Below are positions 15,194 through 31,722 of a DNA stretch of 64,000 nt, piece by piece. The stretch comes from the human T2T-CHM13v2.0 reference genome, Homo sapiens. The notes beneath the pieces were generated by a model. That model had not been told where the DNA came from and ran no database searches. It saw only the letters and a list, made by a program, of their open reading frames with translations. Position numbers and translations under genes: made by a program. The DNA lies in NCBI RefSeq assembly GCF_009914755.1, contig NC_060926.1; one strand, given 5' to 3'. Every line of letters starts with the position of its first letter. Within the stretch, counting starts at the first letter, position 1.

Positions 15194-15904
15194 GTATTAT
15201 TGTTGTTTTTAATATTGGCAGTGGATAAATAACCCTGTAGGTTTAGTGATTCCAGGCATTTCACCATTAATCAAAAACTCCTATAATGAGTAGACTATAT
15301 AATAAAAATAACAAATGATCATATTAACATATATTAACTTATGAGTAATATTAAACTCACTGTAGAAAGCTAATCATCGTTACTTTCTTTCTCATCTCCT
15401 ATTCATTGAGTAAAGCTGAATCCGTTACATAATTTTCTCATTTAATCCTCATAATAACCTCATGAGATAGGTACCATTAATACTCTATTTTACAAATGAG
15501 GAAAATCAGGCTCAGGTTTCTTGCCCAGCTAGTAAATGATAAAACAGGAAAGTATACCCTGGTCTGCTCAAATCCAAATTTGAATTCTTAACAACTACTT
15601 TGTACTGGTTTCCTGAACTAACTAAACTGGTTGCCCTTTAAGATTTCTGATACATTCAGGGTATCTTGAGGACCCCTATTTATCTTCATCATGGACCCCC
15701 TGATGTTCAAATGTCCCAGATCCAGAACATTTGATTTACTGGGCTTCACAGATAGATACAGATGAAGGAAAATGATAAAAATGTTGTCTTTATACTATGG
15801 AAATAAAGGACAATACAAAGTTGGTTAAGTAATAATTAGCAGATGATAGACTTATATTTGTACATTTTTTAAAGGTTCTTGGGAAACTGAAGATTAGTTT
15901 CTAA

Positions 15905-16066
<162 letters not shown>

Positions 16067-16080
16067 TAAGCTTAAAATAA

Positions 16081-16453
<373 letters not shown>

Positions 16454-16831
16454 TAGTTAATTCTAAATATTCTTTTATGATATAGTTTCTAAAAATTGTT
16501 GGAGGCCAGGTGCGGTGGCACAGCACCTCAAACATCATTGATAGTGAAAAAATATTTGTTGAATAAGTGAAGTAATTAAGCTAGATAACCGATATAAACT
16601 TTTCATTTTTTTAACTCATTGTTTTGGTTTTGTGTGAACCTAGATTATGTGATCCTAAAATCTTGGACACCAAATAATTGTTTGTTTTTGTTTGGAATAG
16701 TATGTGGTTTTTTTTTTTTTTTTTTTGGTTTGTTTGTTGTTTTGGTAGGATATGAAAGCAGGATGCTGGGTTTAAAAGCAAAGCTTGAAAGTAGAGGATA
16801 TAATCTTCAGACATAGTATATATTATGCTAG

Positions 16832-17002
<171 letters not shown>

Positions 17003-17113
17003 ATGTGATGTTAAATTAAAGTTGAAATGTAGTAATTGAAGCTTTTAGTTGTAAGGAAAGCAACTTAATCTGTTATTTGAAATGACTTCATACACTACCC
17101 CTATAAGTTTGCC

Positions 17114-17183
17114 AATAAAACCATCACCTGCTTACACCTTTTTGAACTTTATATTCATTGTCTTACAATTAGTTTAAAATAAA
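17114..17183 (+). terminator. MORN2 polyadenylation signals
   Basis: AATAAA at 17114-17119 and 17178-17183; T/GT-rich sequence follows. Confidence 0.7.
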
Positions 17184-17384
17184 TGACATGATTCAATTCA
17201 GTCTGCTTATTATAATAACTATGGCAGAAGCATCCAAATCTTGGCAAAGTTGATTTCCAATCCTCTGTTTGAGTTTTGTCATTTTTTTTTTTTTTTTTTC
17301 TAGTTTGTGCTTGTGTGTCCTGGTCAACATCCGACCTCTTTAAAAAAAAAACAACTTTTTTTTTTAGGCTGTAATACATTTTAT

Positions 17385-17690
17385 TCATTTCTTATTATTT
17401 TCTAACTTTTATTTTAGGTTCAGGCGTACATGTGCAGGTTTGTTATACAGGTAAACTCATGTCACAGGGTTTGTTATACAGATTATTTTGTCCCCTAGGT
17501 ACTAAGCATAGTACCAATAGTTATTTTTTCTGATCCTCTCCCTCCTCCCAGCCACCATCCTCAGGTAGCCCCAGTGTCTGTTGTTCCTTTCTTTGTGTCC
17601 ACAAGTTCTCATCATTTAGCTCCCACTTATAAGTGAGAACATTCGGTATTTGGTTTTCTGTTCCCGTTCTGTTAGTTTGCTAAGGATAAT
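17385..17690 (-). mobile_element. L1PB/PA 3' end
   Basis: tacatgtgcaggtttgttat...ctcccacttataagtgagaac. Confidence 0.8.
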
Positions 17691-17779
17691 GAACACAATT
17701 TTAAGTGTACAATACATTATTGTTGACTATAGGTACAATGTTGTACAGCAGATCTCTAGAGCTTATTCATCTTGCTTGA

Positions 17780-18338
<559 letters not shown>

Positions 18339-18373
18339 TAAACCACATTTTCTTTATTCATTGTGGTGGACTG

Positions 18374-19007
18374 CTACTATATGAGTCAGCAATCCTACTT
18401 CTGGGTGTTTATCCAAAAGAATTGAAGCCGGGTGCAGTGGCTCATGCCTGTAATCCCAGTATTTTGGGAGGCCAGGCAGGCCAGGCGTTCAAGACCAGCC
18501 TGGCCAACATGGTGAAACCCCATCTCAACTGAAAATACCAAAAAATTAGCCAGGGGTGGTGGACGTTTAGTTTGTTTCCACATCTTGACTATTGTAAATA
18601 GTGCTGCAGTGAGCATAGGAGTACTAATATTTATTTGAGATCTTGATAGCAATTCTTTTTTTTTTTTTTTTTTTTTTTTTTTTGAGATAGAGGAGTCTCA
18701 CTCTGTTGCCCGGGCTGGAGTGCAGTGGTGTGATCTCGGCTCACTGCAACCTCTGCTTTATGGGTTCAAGCAATTCTGGTGCCCTGGCTACCCAAGTAGC
18801 CAGGATTACAGGTGTGGTCCACCATCCCTGGCTAATTTTTTGGTATTTTCAGTAGAGACAGGGTTTCACCATATTGGCCAGGCTGGTCTTGAACTCCTGG
18901 CCTGCCTGGCCTCCCAAAATGCTGGGATTACAGGCATGAGCCACTGCACCCGGCTTCAGTTCTTTTGGATAAACACCCAGAAGTAGGATTGCTGACTCAT
19001 ATAGTAG
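18374..19007. repeat. 191-bp inverted repeat pair (18374-18564 and 18817-19007)
   Basis: aligned by eye: 8 mismatches in 191 nt, no indels, 252-nt spacer. Confidence 0.92.
18656..18955 (-). mobile_element. Alu with internal left-arm deletion
   Basis: antisense Alu with long T tract; source of the inverted copy. Confidence 0.88.
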
Positions 19008-19051
19008 TTTTTTGTTCTTGTTATTTATTTATTTATTATTATTATTATTTT

Positions 19052-19155
19052 AATGTGGACCACTTCACAAATCTGCATGTCATCTTTGCACAGGGGCCAT
19101 GCTCATCTTCTCTGTATCATTCCAATTTTAGTGTGTGTTCTGCCAAAGCAAGTAC
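19052..19155 (-). pseudogene. full-length U6 snRNA retrocopy
   Basis: Reverse complement matches U6 (GTaCTtGCTTtGGCAG...AAAATTGGAAtGATACAGAGAAGATgAGCATGGCCCCTG). A-rich tail at about 19010-19051; short TSD agtagtt; no evidence of a U6 promoter. Confidence 0.93.
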
Positions 19156-19244
19156 AGTAGTTATATTTTTAATCTCTTGAGGAACTTCCATAGGATTTAC
19201 CATAGCAGCTGCACCATTTTGCATTCCCAGCAACAGTGGGCAAG

Positions 19245-19729
19245 TGTATGGTAACCCAGTTCTTCCCACTTTCTTTCTGTGCCCTTACTGAAAATCACAG
19301 AGTACCTTGACTGCTCTGTGACCCAGCTGGCTATATGTTTTTCTCAGCAGGCTTGAACCCAAACTGGGCCTTGAACATTCCCAAGCACTGAGAAAGGTAT
19401 TTCGGTTGTTGCTCAAAACACTGAAACTGGCCCCCAGCCCTGAGCCAAATTTCTCAAACTGTCATAGAAACTCCAGACTCTGATCCCCTTGCTGCAGACA
19501 TACCTGGGTAGAACATTCCTTTTCTCTCTCAGCAATTGCTGCAGCCCTCTGTAAGGAAGTTTCCCTAATAAATTCTTTGGACTGATCACCCTAGAGCTTA
19601 GAGTTTTTTCTTTGGTATTCCAGCCAGCCCTATCTCAGGACAGTTGGAGACTCCCTTGTGGGAAGTCCCCCTGCCACTGCTTTTGGGGTGATTCCAGCCG
19701 AGGATTTGAGGGTTTAGAGAGACAAAACA
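19245..19729 (+). mobile_element. solo LTR (ERVL-class, judged by 5-bp TSD)
   Basis: TG...CA termini, TSD gcaag at 19240-19244 and 19730-19734, internal AATAAA near 19567. Confidence 0.75.
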
Positions 19730-20655
19730 GCAAGGGTTCAATTTCTCCACCTCCTTAGCATTTGTTTTTTGTTTTTGATGATAGCCATCCTGTCTGGTAT
19801 AAGGTGGTATCTCATTGTGGTTTTCATTTCTATTTCTCTGATGATTAGTGACATCGAGCATTTTTCCAAATACCTATTGACCATTTATATGTCTTCTTTG
19901 AAAAAACGTCTGTTCAGTTCCTAATCCATTTTTAAATCAGGTTATTAATTTTTTTTACCATTGAGTTGTAAGAATTCCTCATATATTTTACAGATTAAAT
20001 CCTGATCTGATATATGATTTGCAGATATTTTCATCCATTCTGTAGGTTGTTACCTTTTCACTCTGTTGATTGTTTCCTTTGCTGTGCAGAAGATTTTGGT
20101 TTGATGTGGTTCCACTTGTTTATTTTTTGTTTTGTTGCCTGTGCTTTTGGTGTCATTATCCATGAACTCATTGCCAAGATCAATGTCATGAAGATTTTCC
20201 CCTGTTTCCAACAACACATGGAAAGGGTCATATACCATGACCAAGTGAGATTTATCCCTGGGATGCAAGGATAGTTCAACATACGAAAATCAACTAATGT
20301 GATATTCTACATTAACAGAATAGAGGACTAAAATCACATAATCAGCTCAACAGATGCAGAAAAAGCATTTAACAAAATTGAGAACCTGTTCATTATTTAA
20401 AAAAAAACCTCTTAACAAATTAGGAACAGAAAGAAATTACCTAAACATAACAGAGGTCATATATAAAAAGCCCACAGCTAACATCATACTCAACAGTGAA
20501 AAACTGAAAAGCTTTTACTCTAAGACTGGGAACAAGGCAAGGATGCTAACTCTTGTCACTTCTATCTTTAAAAAAGTATACATTAAAGGAGACTATCAAG
20601 AAAATGGAAATACCATCCTCACAATGGGATAATATACTTGCAAATCATATCTGAT

Positions 20656-21080
20656 TGTCAGAAATTTGCTTAATATAGTCACTGCCTCAGCATCCATTTT
20701 TAGGCCTGACATAAGTTGTCTGACATCCAGTCATATCCCATTACTCTTGGCCTAGTTAAAACTTTCCTTCCCCTTGTAGTTGTTTGCAATACAGCCCACT
20801 TGTTCCTTACCCTGCTGACCCAAAACCCAACACATCCCACAGGTGCTGACCATGATAAAACCTAAAGGTCAAAATAAGTCATGCAAAAATAAGTTCCCCC
20901 TTTCCACATGTTTTCTTTAAACTAGCCAATCCACAACCCCAGAGGGAAAGCCTAAGGGATAACATCCGTGGACCTTAATAAAGGTGTAGTCCTGTGGTCT
21001 TCTCTCTCACCCCCACCCCACTGGTTGAGCTCACTGCTACCTCCAGATTTCCAGAAACCATAGCAATAAAAATTATGACA
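20656..21080 (+). mobile_element. solo LTR (ERVL-class, possibly LTR47-like)
   Basis: TG...CA termini, TSD ctgat at 20651-20655 and 21081-21085, CCAAT and AATAAA inside. Confidence 0.75.
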
Positions 21081-21159
21081 CTGATACAAAGTCTAGTTTC
21101 CAAAATGTATAAAGAACTTTTACAACCCAACAATTAAAAAAACCTTAATTTTTAAAATG

Positions 21160-21457
<298 letters not shown>

Positions 21458-21611
21458 GTCAAAGAATTTGAACAGATGTTTCTCTGAAGGAGATATACAA
21501 GTAGCCAATAAGTAAACAAAAAGATGCTTAACATCCTTACTCTTCAGGGAAATGAACCTTAAACCTACAAACCCACCGTGAGATACCACTTCACACCAAC
21601 TGGGATAGCTA

Positions 21612-21870
21612 TTATTATTATTATTATTTTATTTTAAGTTCTGGGGTACATGTGCAGGATGTGTAGGTTTATTACATAGGTAAATGTGTGCCATGGTGGT
21701 TTGCTGCACTTATTAACCCATAACCTAGGTATTAAGCCCAGCAAGCATTAGCTATTTTTCCTGATGCTCTCTCTTCCCCCACTTCCACAACATGTGTGTT
21801 GTTCTCCTCCTGTGTCCATGTGTTCTCATTGTTCAGCTCCCACTTATAAGTGAGAACATGCATTGTTTGG
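21612..21870 (-). mobile_element. short L1PA 3' end
   Basis: ggggtacatgtgcaggatgtgtagg...; TSD gggat(a/g)gctat. Confidence 0.8.
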
Positions 21871-22092
21871 TGGGATGGCTATATCAAAAAAAAAAAACAG
21901 ACAATACAAAGATTGGCAATGATGTGGGGAAATTGGAGGCCTCACACATTTCTGGTGGGAATATAAAATGGTGCAGCTGCTGTGGAATACATTTCCTCAA
22001 AATATTAGACATAGAGTTACTACGTGACTCAGCAGTTCCTAGGTATGTACGCAAGGGAATTGACTTGCACACGAATGTTCATAGCAACATTA

Positions 22093-22760
<668 letters not shown>

Positions 22761-22902
22761 TAATAGCCCCAACTGGAAACAATCCAAATGTCCATCAACT
22801 AATGAATGTGTAAACAAAATGTCCACATAATGGAATATTATTCAGCCATAAAAAATGAAGTACTGATACTACAACATGGATGAACTTCAGAAACATTGTA
22901 CT

Positions 22903-23185
22903 GGCCAGGCAGGTGGCTCATCCTGTAATCCCAGCACTTTGGGATGCCAAGGTGTGTGGATCGCTTGCCAGGAGTTTGAGACCAGGCTGGGCAGCATGGC
23001 AAAATCCCATCTCTACAAAAAATACAAAAATTAGCCAGGTGTGGTGGCACATGCCTATAGTCCCAGCTACTTGGGAGGACTGCTTGAGCCCAGGAGGCAG
23101 AGGTTGCAGTGAACCAAGATCATGCCACTGCACTCCAGGATGGGTGACAGAGCAAAACTTCATCTCAAAAACAACAAACAAACAA
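22903..23185 (+). mobile_element. AluJ inside an L1MB 3' end (L1 runs to about 23450)
   Basis: TSD aaacattgtact. Confidence 0.85.
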
Positions 23186-24364
23186 ACATTGTACTAAGTG
23201 AAAGGAACCAGTCACAAACGGCCACATATTATATGATTCCATTTATGTGAAATGCTCTGAATAGGCAAATCCTTAGGGACAGAAAATAGATTAGTGGTTG
23301 CCAGGGGAGGAAGAAATTGGGAGGCATGAGGTTTCTAGAATTAGACAGTGGTGATGGTTGCACAGTCTTGAAAATGTACTAAAAACCACTGAATTGTTCA
23401 TTTAACAGGGACAAATTTTATGTATGATGTGTAAATTATGTCTCAATTTCTTAAAAAGTAGATCTGTGTGTTGTCATATATTCTATGTCCAGAAAACTTC
23501 TTTACTTTTTACATAAGATAATTTAAAAATTACCAGAGCAGTATATGTCAACTACATTTAAAAAATTACAATAAAGACCTGAATGTTTTTGCTGAAACTC
23601 TATATTCTAAAACTGACAAAAAATAGTGTACACAATAGATAACTTCTTTGTCATATTTCTCTATTCAAAATCTTGTGAATATTTGTATTTCTCAATATGT
23701 TATTGCCAAAAGATGTATATTTTTATTTTTTGCTGTACTGGCACAAATTTGGGTTACAATGTCTTCTAAAATGTTAAAATAAAAATGGCATTTTTGTTAG
23801 TTTCTCATAATAATAGCTTTATGGCTAATTTTGAAAGACCCTATTTGTAAGTTTTCAAAGACACATTTTAAGAATTGGACATTTTTGTATATGTTGCTAA
23901 ACATTAGCTGGCATGGCTTTAGAATTAAATATTATTATTATATGGAAATTCATGAAGAGACAAATACTGGACAAGTTAAGATAAGGTGAGAAGATGTTTT
24001 CAGGGACCAGGACATATAATTTAAATTCAAAAACTTCTGGAAAATATAGAAAAGTATCTGCTTTGCTGCAAAATAAATTTTCCCTAATTTTTTTCAATTT
24101 ATTTAAGGCAGCAAGATATATATTTTACTCTTAAAATATTTAACTTGTATTGCTATGTTAATAACTTTTCAAAGTACAACTTTTCAATTTTCTAGTATAC
24201 CAAAGATATTCCTCCTAAATGGGTTTCTTCCTTTTTACTCATTGAAACTAAATGCAGTTCAGTTATTTGATTAGTTGATGCTAGAATTTGACCTGGAGCT
24301 TATATAATTAGAAGAGACACTAGTTTTCCTCATTTAAAAGCCTGGTTAGCATACTACGGTCTCG

Positions 24365-24475
24365 TTTCAGGGGAAGTCAAGCCTCTCTACTGCTTCTTTT
24401 TATAACCTTTAAGTTAATTCAGAACCCAGATAAGCCTTGATCTGAGGATGATATAACCACCGCAGGCAACATGGG
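24365..24475 (+). other. ARHGEF33: ARHGEF33 non-coding exon 1 (start approximate)
   Basis: strong donor ATGGG|gtaagt in a repeat-free region; position agrees with the gene structure as I recall it. Confidence 0.6.
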
Positions 24476-25456
24476 GTAAGTATGCGCTTTTATATGCTTT
24501 AAGGGGCACTGAAAGGGGAAACAATTTTATAAGAGATGAAAACCCATCAATCCTTACCACGTGGTGTACTAATTTAAATCCAATATATGCTAACATTTAT
24601 TTGAGGTAGGCATTCAAAGAAATAACTTTTATGTAAGAGTTATAACAATTTGTAAAACATTTATTTCCTTGCTTAATTTTTATATTATGTCTTAACTGCG
24701 CTTTGCAGGTTATCGATAAACTGGAGACTGAAGTTGTTCTGCATATTAATAAATATAGTTGAAGATGAGTTAAATTTTGAGAGCAGTCTTAAAGAAAGGA
24801 TGCTAGACAGCGTAAATCTGACATGGACATGCCTCTTTGGGATTAAGAATAATTAAAGAATGAAAAAGATTAGGGATGGAGGGAGATTGGTTTATTCCTT
24901 TCTAACACAGAAAAAGAATAGGGGAATCTTCAGCATTCACTCCCCTATGTACAGAACAAAAAACACATCCTGATTGAAAATGTGTACTGATTAATTACAT
25001 GGGGGCTTTATTGGTGAAACCTAATTCTAAACACTTCATGGGGCTTTGGTGTGTAATGAGAAGAACTGAGTTTCACTTAAACATTGTCTTAAGTGAGAAT
25101 AGCGTTCTATTATAATTAGTATTGGAATTATGTGAGTTTTTATATGCTGAAATAGTATTCTGAATATGTAGAAATCTCTATATCACCCTTTTATATTTTT
25201 AATAGCCCCTTTTAATACAAAATCATATTGCTGTAAATGGAATAGCTATTTCATTGAAGGCTACTTCTGAAGGATTCAACATAATGATCAGAAATGTATC
25301 CTAGAGAAAAAAGTTTTTGATGCACATTTATTCTAAACATTTTTCACAAACTGAATTAATTAATGTCTACATTTTTCATAACCATGGGCTCTGGAAATGC
25401 AATCTAAACTCATTTGAAAACTCAGAGGCTTTTGAAACAAGATGACCATACTATTG

Positions 25457-25730
<274 letters not shown>

Positions 25731-27644
25731 TAACTTTTTCTTAATTCCCTTTATTTACCTTCCCTTTTCTCTGTGTATAAGGGTGTACTTCAACATAGCA
25801 GGCCAGTAATAAACTAAGTAATGTAGATACAAAGATCAACTGATCTTCCTCCTTCCCTTCCTCTCTCCTTTCCTCCCTTCCTCTCTCCCTCCTCCTTCCT
25901 TTCTTTTTCTTTAATGACAGCAGTTCTTAACCTTTTCGGTGTCAAGAATTGCTTTTAGAATCTTCAGAAACCAGTCCACCATTTCTGCAAAAAAAAAAGT
26001 AAAATCACACAAAATTTTGCATACAATTTCAGAAGATTTACAGGTGACCTGAAACCCTATTCCTGGGACCACAGGTTAAGACCCTTAGACTTTGATTTTA
26101 GGACTGGAGTATGATTTGTTCAATATTTCTCTTTGTTTGGATTTTTATAAATGTAAGAATCTTTAAATTCATAATTCTTGCTAATCTTCTCAAGGACAGT
26201 GTGGAAGATTCCCCACCCGCCCCCCACACAATTTACATGAGTGTGAAACACAGTTTAACCAACATGCATCACATTACTGCTGCTGGGCCCCAAGGACTTG
26301 ACTAATCACTTGTGCCTTTTGAGAGTGCCAGGAATCACCTTGGGAGTCATGGAAGGAAAAAAAACCCTCATTATGTTATTTGTAAAGCACTTTGAATGCC
26401 CCAAATAAGATGAACGAAACAAATCATAAATGCTAATATTACAGAGAGCACTCTTCTGATTGGTATGTTCATGATTATTTTGTTGTCTGTTCATGCCTTT
26501 ACTGACAAAAAGACAGGGTAGTAAGTATTAACATCTGTTTGAGTCTTCCTAAAATAATCAGAAAAATAAAGAAAAAGTGGCAGCTAATCGGATTCTCAAA
26601 TTTATCCATTTGAGGAAATCTCTAGAATTTATTTCCTGAGAATGAGGGAGTAGCTGTTTTGGATTTGTCTTTGGGGCCTACTTATCTCAAATGATTTGAG
26701 GATATAATTCCCTTATATGGGGCAATGCCAGCCCTTTCCACCTTTCCCCAGGCTATGCTGGCATGGTTTTAGCAAGCAATGAAGAAGCAAATACTGGAAA
26801 ATTCTTATGCTCTCTAAAAAAATCTCCTCCTCGTAATTTTCACTGGGTTTTTTATGGAGTGTGTGAGTAGGTGGGGTGGGTAGAGATGATGCCTAAAGGT
26901 GGGTAAACAGATAACTGGGGAAAAGTAGAAAAACCTAACTGACATCTGCTAAGTACCATAACACCCGGGCAAAGGATGAACAATGGGAAAGAAAGGATGG
27001 TTGTATTTCTTTTTTGAGACATTTTAAAATGTGCTTTCCCCATCTCCTAGCAGAGTTAGTCAGTGCACCCCCAATTGACAAAAACAAAAGTTAAGGCTCT
27101 GCTAAAATTGTAGAACCAAGTTCATTATTATAGCATATTCAGCCTCCTTTTAGTCTCCTGGTTCAAATAAGTTAGAGTAATTTTAAAAATTATCTTATGA
27201 CATATTTCCTCCTTCTGAATCTGAGAGTGACTATCCAACTCTTTTTCTTGGGTGAAGCATACATTTGGCTCATGGAGCAACCTTTGAAATGTCGCTTCTA
27301 TCTGTGCCCTCCTTTCCTTTCTAAGAGTCACTTCCCTAATTCAGGTCATCATTATCTTTTACTTGAGTTATTAAAGGTGCCTGCTCACTGGCCTCTTTGC
27401 AGCTGCTCTTTCCTCTACAGTGCCACTAAGTCATCTTCTTACCAGAGATATGTGATCTTGTTATACCTCTGCTTAAACATTTTCAATGACTCATTCTCTC
27501 CACTGCAGAGCAAGCTCCAAAGAAGAGATTCAAGGCTCTCTATCTGCCCCCAATCTACCTGTCTAGCCTCACCTTCTACTCTACCTTCTTTGCTCCCTAG
27601 GGTTCCTAAATCCACCTAGGCCTTGTGCTTTGTTCCTCTGGTAA

Positions 27645-27948
<304 letters not shown>

Positions 27949-28529
27949 CCTCTGGTGATCCCCTTTTGACCGTTTCTACATATCATGCAAAGCCTGGCTC
28001 AAATCCTATCTTCTTAATGAAGCTTTCTCTAATCCCCACAAGGGAATTCATCTTTTCTCTGAAAATTTTAGGCACTTTACACTTTTCTTTTTCATTTGTC
28101 ACAATCCATTATATGTTACAGTTATTTATGTGTCTCATCTTCCCTTCTAGACTGGAAGCAGAAACAATGGCATCCTTTCATTTCTCCTAGCACCTGGTAC
28201 AATGCCTTTTATGTGGTATATGCTTATTAAATACTTGTTGAATGCACGTGAACTCTGTTTAAACCCCTAAAAACTTAATTTTAGCCAAACTTTCTTTCTT
28301 TTTTTCCCAAGTGAGTTGCCTCATTTTCCAGGTTTCTATCTGAAGAGCTCAAATGAGTGAGTAGTATCTAAAATGTAGGCAATTCAAGGGAGATAGGGCA
28401 CAAACAAGGGCTGGAGTGAAGACTTCTAAAGTCTGAAGACTGAAGACTGAAGACTGTTGTTAATAAGCAGAAAGCACACATAGGCTCCAAGGAAATATAA
28501 GAAAACTTTCCAGAATTAAAAATCGTTCT

Positions 28530-28833
28530 TGCCAGGCTGGCTCACTCTTTTGATCCCAACACTTTAGGAGGCCGAGACACTGGGATCATTTCAGCCCAGG
28601 AATTCGAGACCAGCTTGGGCAACGTGGCAAAACCCCATCTCTACCAAAAACAAAAAACAAAAAACAAAAAAATTAGCCAGGCATGGTGGCATGCACCTGT
28701 AGTTCCAGCTACTCAGAGGCTGAGGCAGGAGGATTGCTAGAGCCCGGGAGGTCGAGGCTGCAGAGAGCCACAATCACACCACTGCACTCCAGCCTGGGCT
28801 TCAGAGAGAAAACCTGCCTTTAAAAAAAAAAAA
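28530..28833 (+). mobile_element. AluJ
   Basis: diverged Alu dimer. Confidence 0.85.
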
Positions 28834-30267
28834 ATGTTGCTTTTGGGCTCTGGATAGCTTCCTAGAACGCCAGCATATCAGTAAAGATTGAGTTAATCTG
28901 TATATGCTGGGGGAAAAAAAAAAAAGAAGAATAATAGAGGCTTAAACAAGCTAGAAGTGTATTTCTCTCTTACATTAAAAACAAACAAACAAACAAACAA
29001 GCCCACAAAGGTAGGCAGTCTAGTGCTGTTAGATGAGTTCCTTAGTGAGAGGCCCCCAGGTTCCTGTCATCTTGCTCTTCTGCCATCCTTAGTATATCAC
29101 CTCTTGGTCCAAGACAGTTGCTAGGTCTCCACCTATCTCACTGATGTTCAGCCAGCAGGAACGAGGAATGGGGAAAAAAGGTGTGTTCTCTCTTTTAGGA
29201 GACTTCGCAGTGGTCACTCAGTGTTTCTACTTGTATTGCATGGGTAGAAATCTAGTCTCATGGTTACACTTAGCTGTGAGGAAGAGGGGAATACAGTCTT
29301 TTAACTGGGTTTCCAAAAAAAGAGGAGAATGAATACTGGGTGGCAACTAGCAGTGTCTGTCAGAGCCAGTATCAGGCCTTACATGGCCTCTTATATTCCT
29401 TTAGACAAAGTACAGCATTATGTACAAAAGTAATCTTTTAAGAAAAAAAAAATCAGTAAAATTAAAGGAAAAAAAGAGGAAGCCAAGCTGGGAATAAACA
29501 GATTCACCCAGAATAAAGGCCTCTTGATAAAGTGACAAAAGGTGACCAAGTAAGGCTTTGCCCCTCCCTAAACTCTATGTCCCAGTCTCCCTCCCTCCAG
29601 GCTTCGTGTCCCTGAATCTTCACATCCACACTGTGAGGCAAGTATTACTATTACTAAGCCAATCATACAGGTCAGGAAACCGAAGTCCAGGAAGATTCAG
29701 TGAATTGGCCAAACTGCCCGTACTGCAGCAAAAATTATATAAATCACAGAATGTTTTCTAAATAGATTTGTTCTTAATTTTGAGTATAGATCACTTCAAT
29801 TGGCGCCTAAAGAAAAACCTATTACAAACACATTTCACTTGTCACTTGAAGTAGGTGATTTAATGTGGAATATTAGAAAAGACTCTAGATTTGTGGCTTT
29901 CAATATTTTACGGTCATATCAACTGCTTTGAACTCTTCTGATTCAGCAAAGCCCCCTAAGCCATGTTGGAGTTCTCGAGCTATGTTTTTAAATACATAGA
30001 AATTTATTTTTATTAGTCCCCCAAACATATGAATACTGAGGTGATTGTACTTGCTCAATACCAAGTGACTTAAAAATTAAAAGACTAAAAGAAACAAAGA
30101 CTTTTACTTTTTTACTTTATATGTTTTTTACCTATTAGAAATCTTTAACAACAGTGAATTGCATATATAATAAGAACTTTTAATTACAAAATTATAGGAA
30201 AAAATGATGGTATAAAATGCAAGGTAGCTATCATTATCAATGGCGTTTTGTTTTTTTTTTTTTACAG

Positions 30268-30340
30268 AACTTCTAGAGAAAACAAGAAGAAGACTTCAAA
30301 AAACATGCTGTGATGTCTCCCAGTGGAGACAGGGCACGAG
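30268..30340 (+). other. ARHGEF33: ARHGEF33 non-coding exon 2 (73 nt)
   Basis: long T tract then acag| acceptor; donor GAG|gtgagt. Confidence 0.8.
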
Positions 30341-30619
30341 GTGAGTGAAAATTGCAAAGAACTGTTTTCTAATAAGAACACAGGCAAACTGAGAACTTAG
30401 CTTAAACCAGTGATCATTATTGAAGCAGAAGTATTATAAATTTCTTTGTAGAATTTTATAACCATTCTTGGTTTGATAACCATCAAATAAACAAATTGTG
30501 AGATTACTTAATTAGCTAGCAGTAAGGGCAAATAGCCACCTTCTAAACCAGCTATGTTACATCAGACTTGATTGCGTATATGAATGCTAACAGCATTGAG
30601 ACAAGAATGAACTATGCTT

Positions 30620-30965
<346 letters not shown>

Positions 30966-31371
30966 TGATGATTGTGAAAAATAGACAACATCTACTTTCC
31001 ATTGAAGTTATGTATTCTGAGTTCCTACTTCATGCTGGGCTTTGTCACTTAATAACCATGTGGGCTAGGTAACTATTATGCCCACTTGACAGTTGAGGGA
31101 GCATAGGCTTAGGAAGATTAACTTTCCCAGGTCACAAAACGAAATAAGTAGCACAGCTGGGATTGGAAGCTAGATGTCTGACACACTTAAGAAAAAAGTC
31201 TCATAATTTAAAACATTATTTTTAAATTTCAAAACCCAAAAGTGCTCATTGTAAAATAAAATACAAACGTGATCATGACAGAAGAGTTTAAGTGAGATTT
31301 AAAAGCCCATCATCCTACCCCTAACCCCATTCCTCTTTCCAAGCATAACCACTGTTAGTAGTTTGGTATAA

Positions 31372-31722
<351 letters not shown>

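Noticed and set aside
19052-19155. Functional U6 gene
   Set aside because: Many substitutions, a retroposition tail and TSD, and the upstream flank is L1 rather than PSE/TATA.
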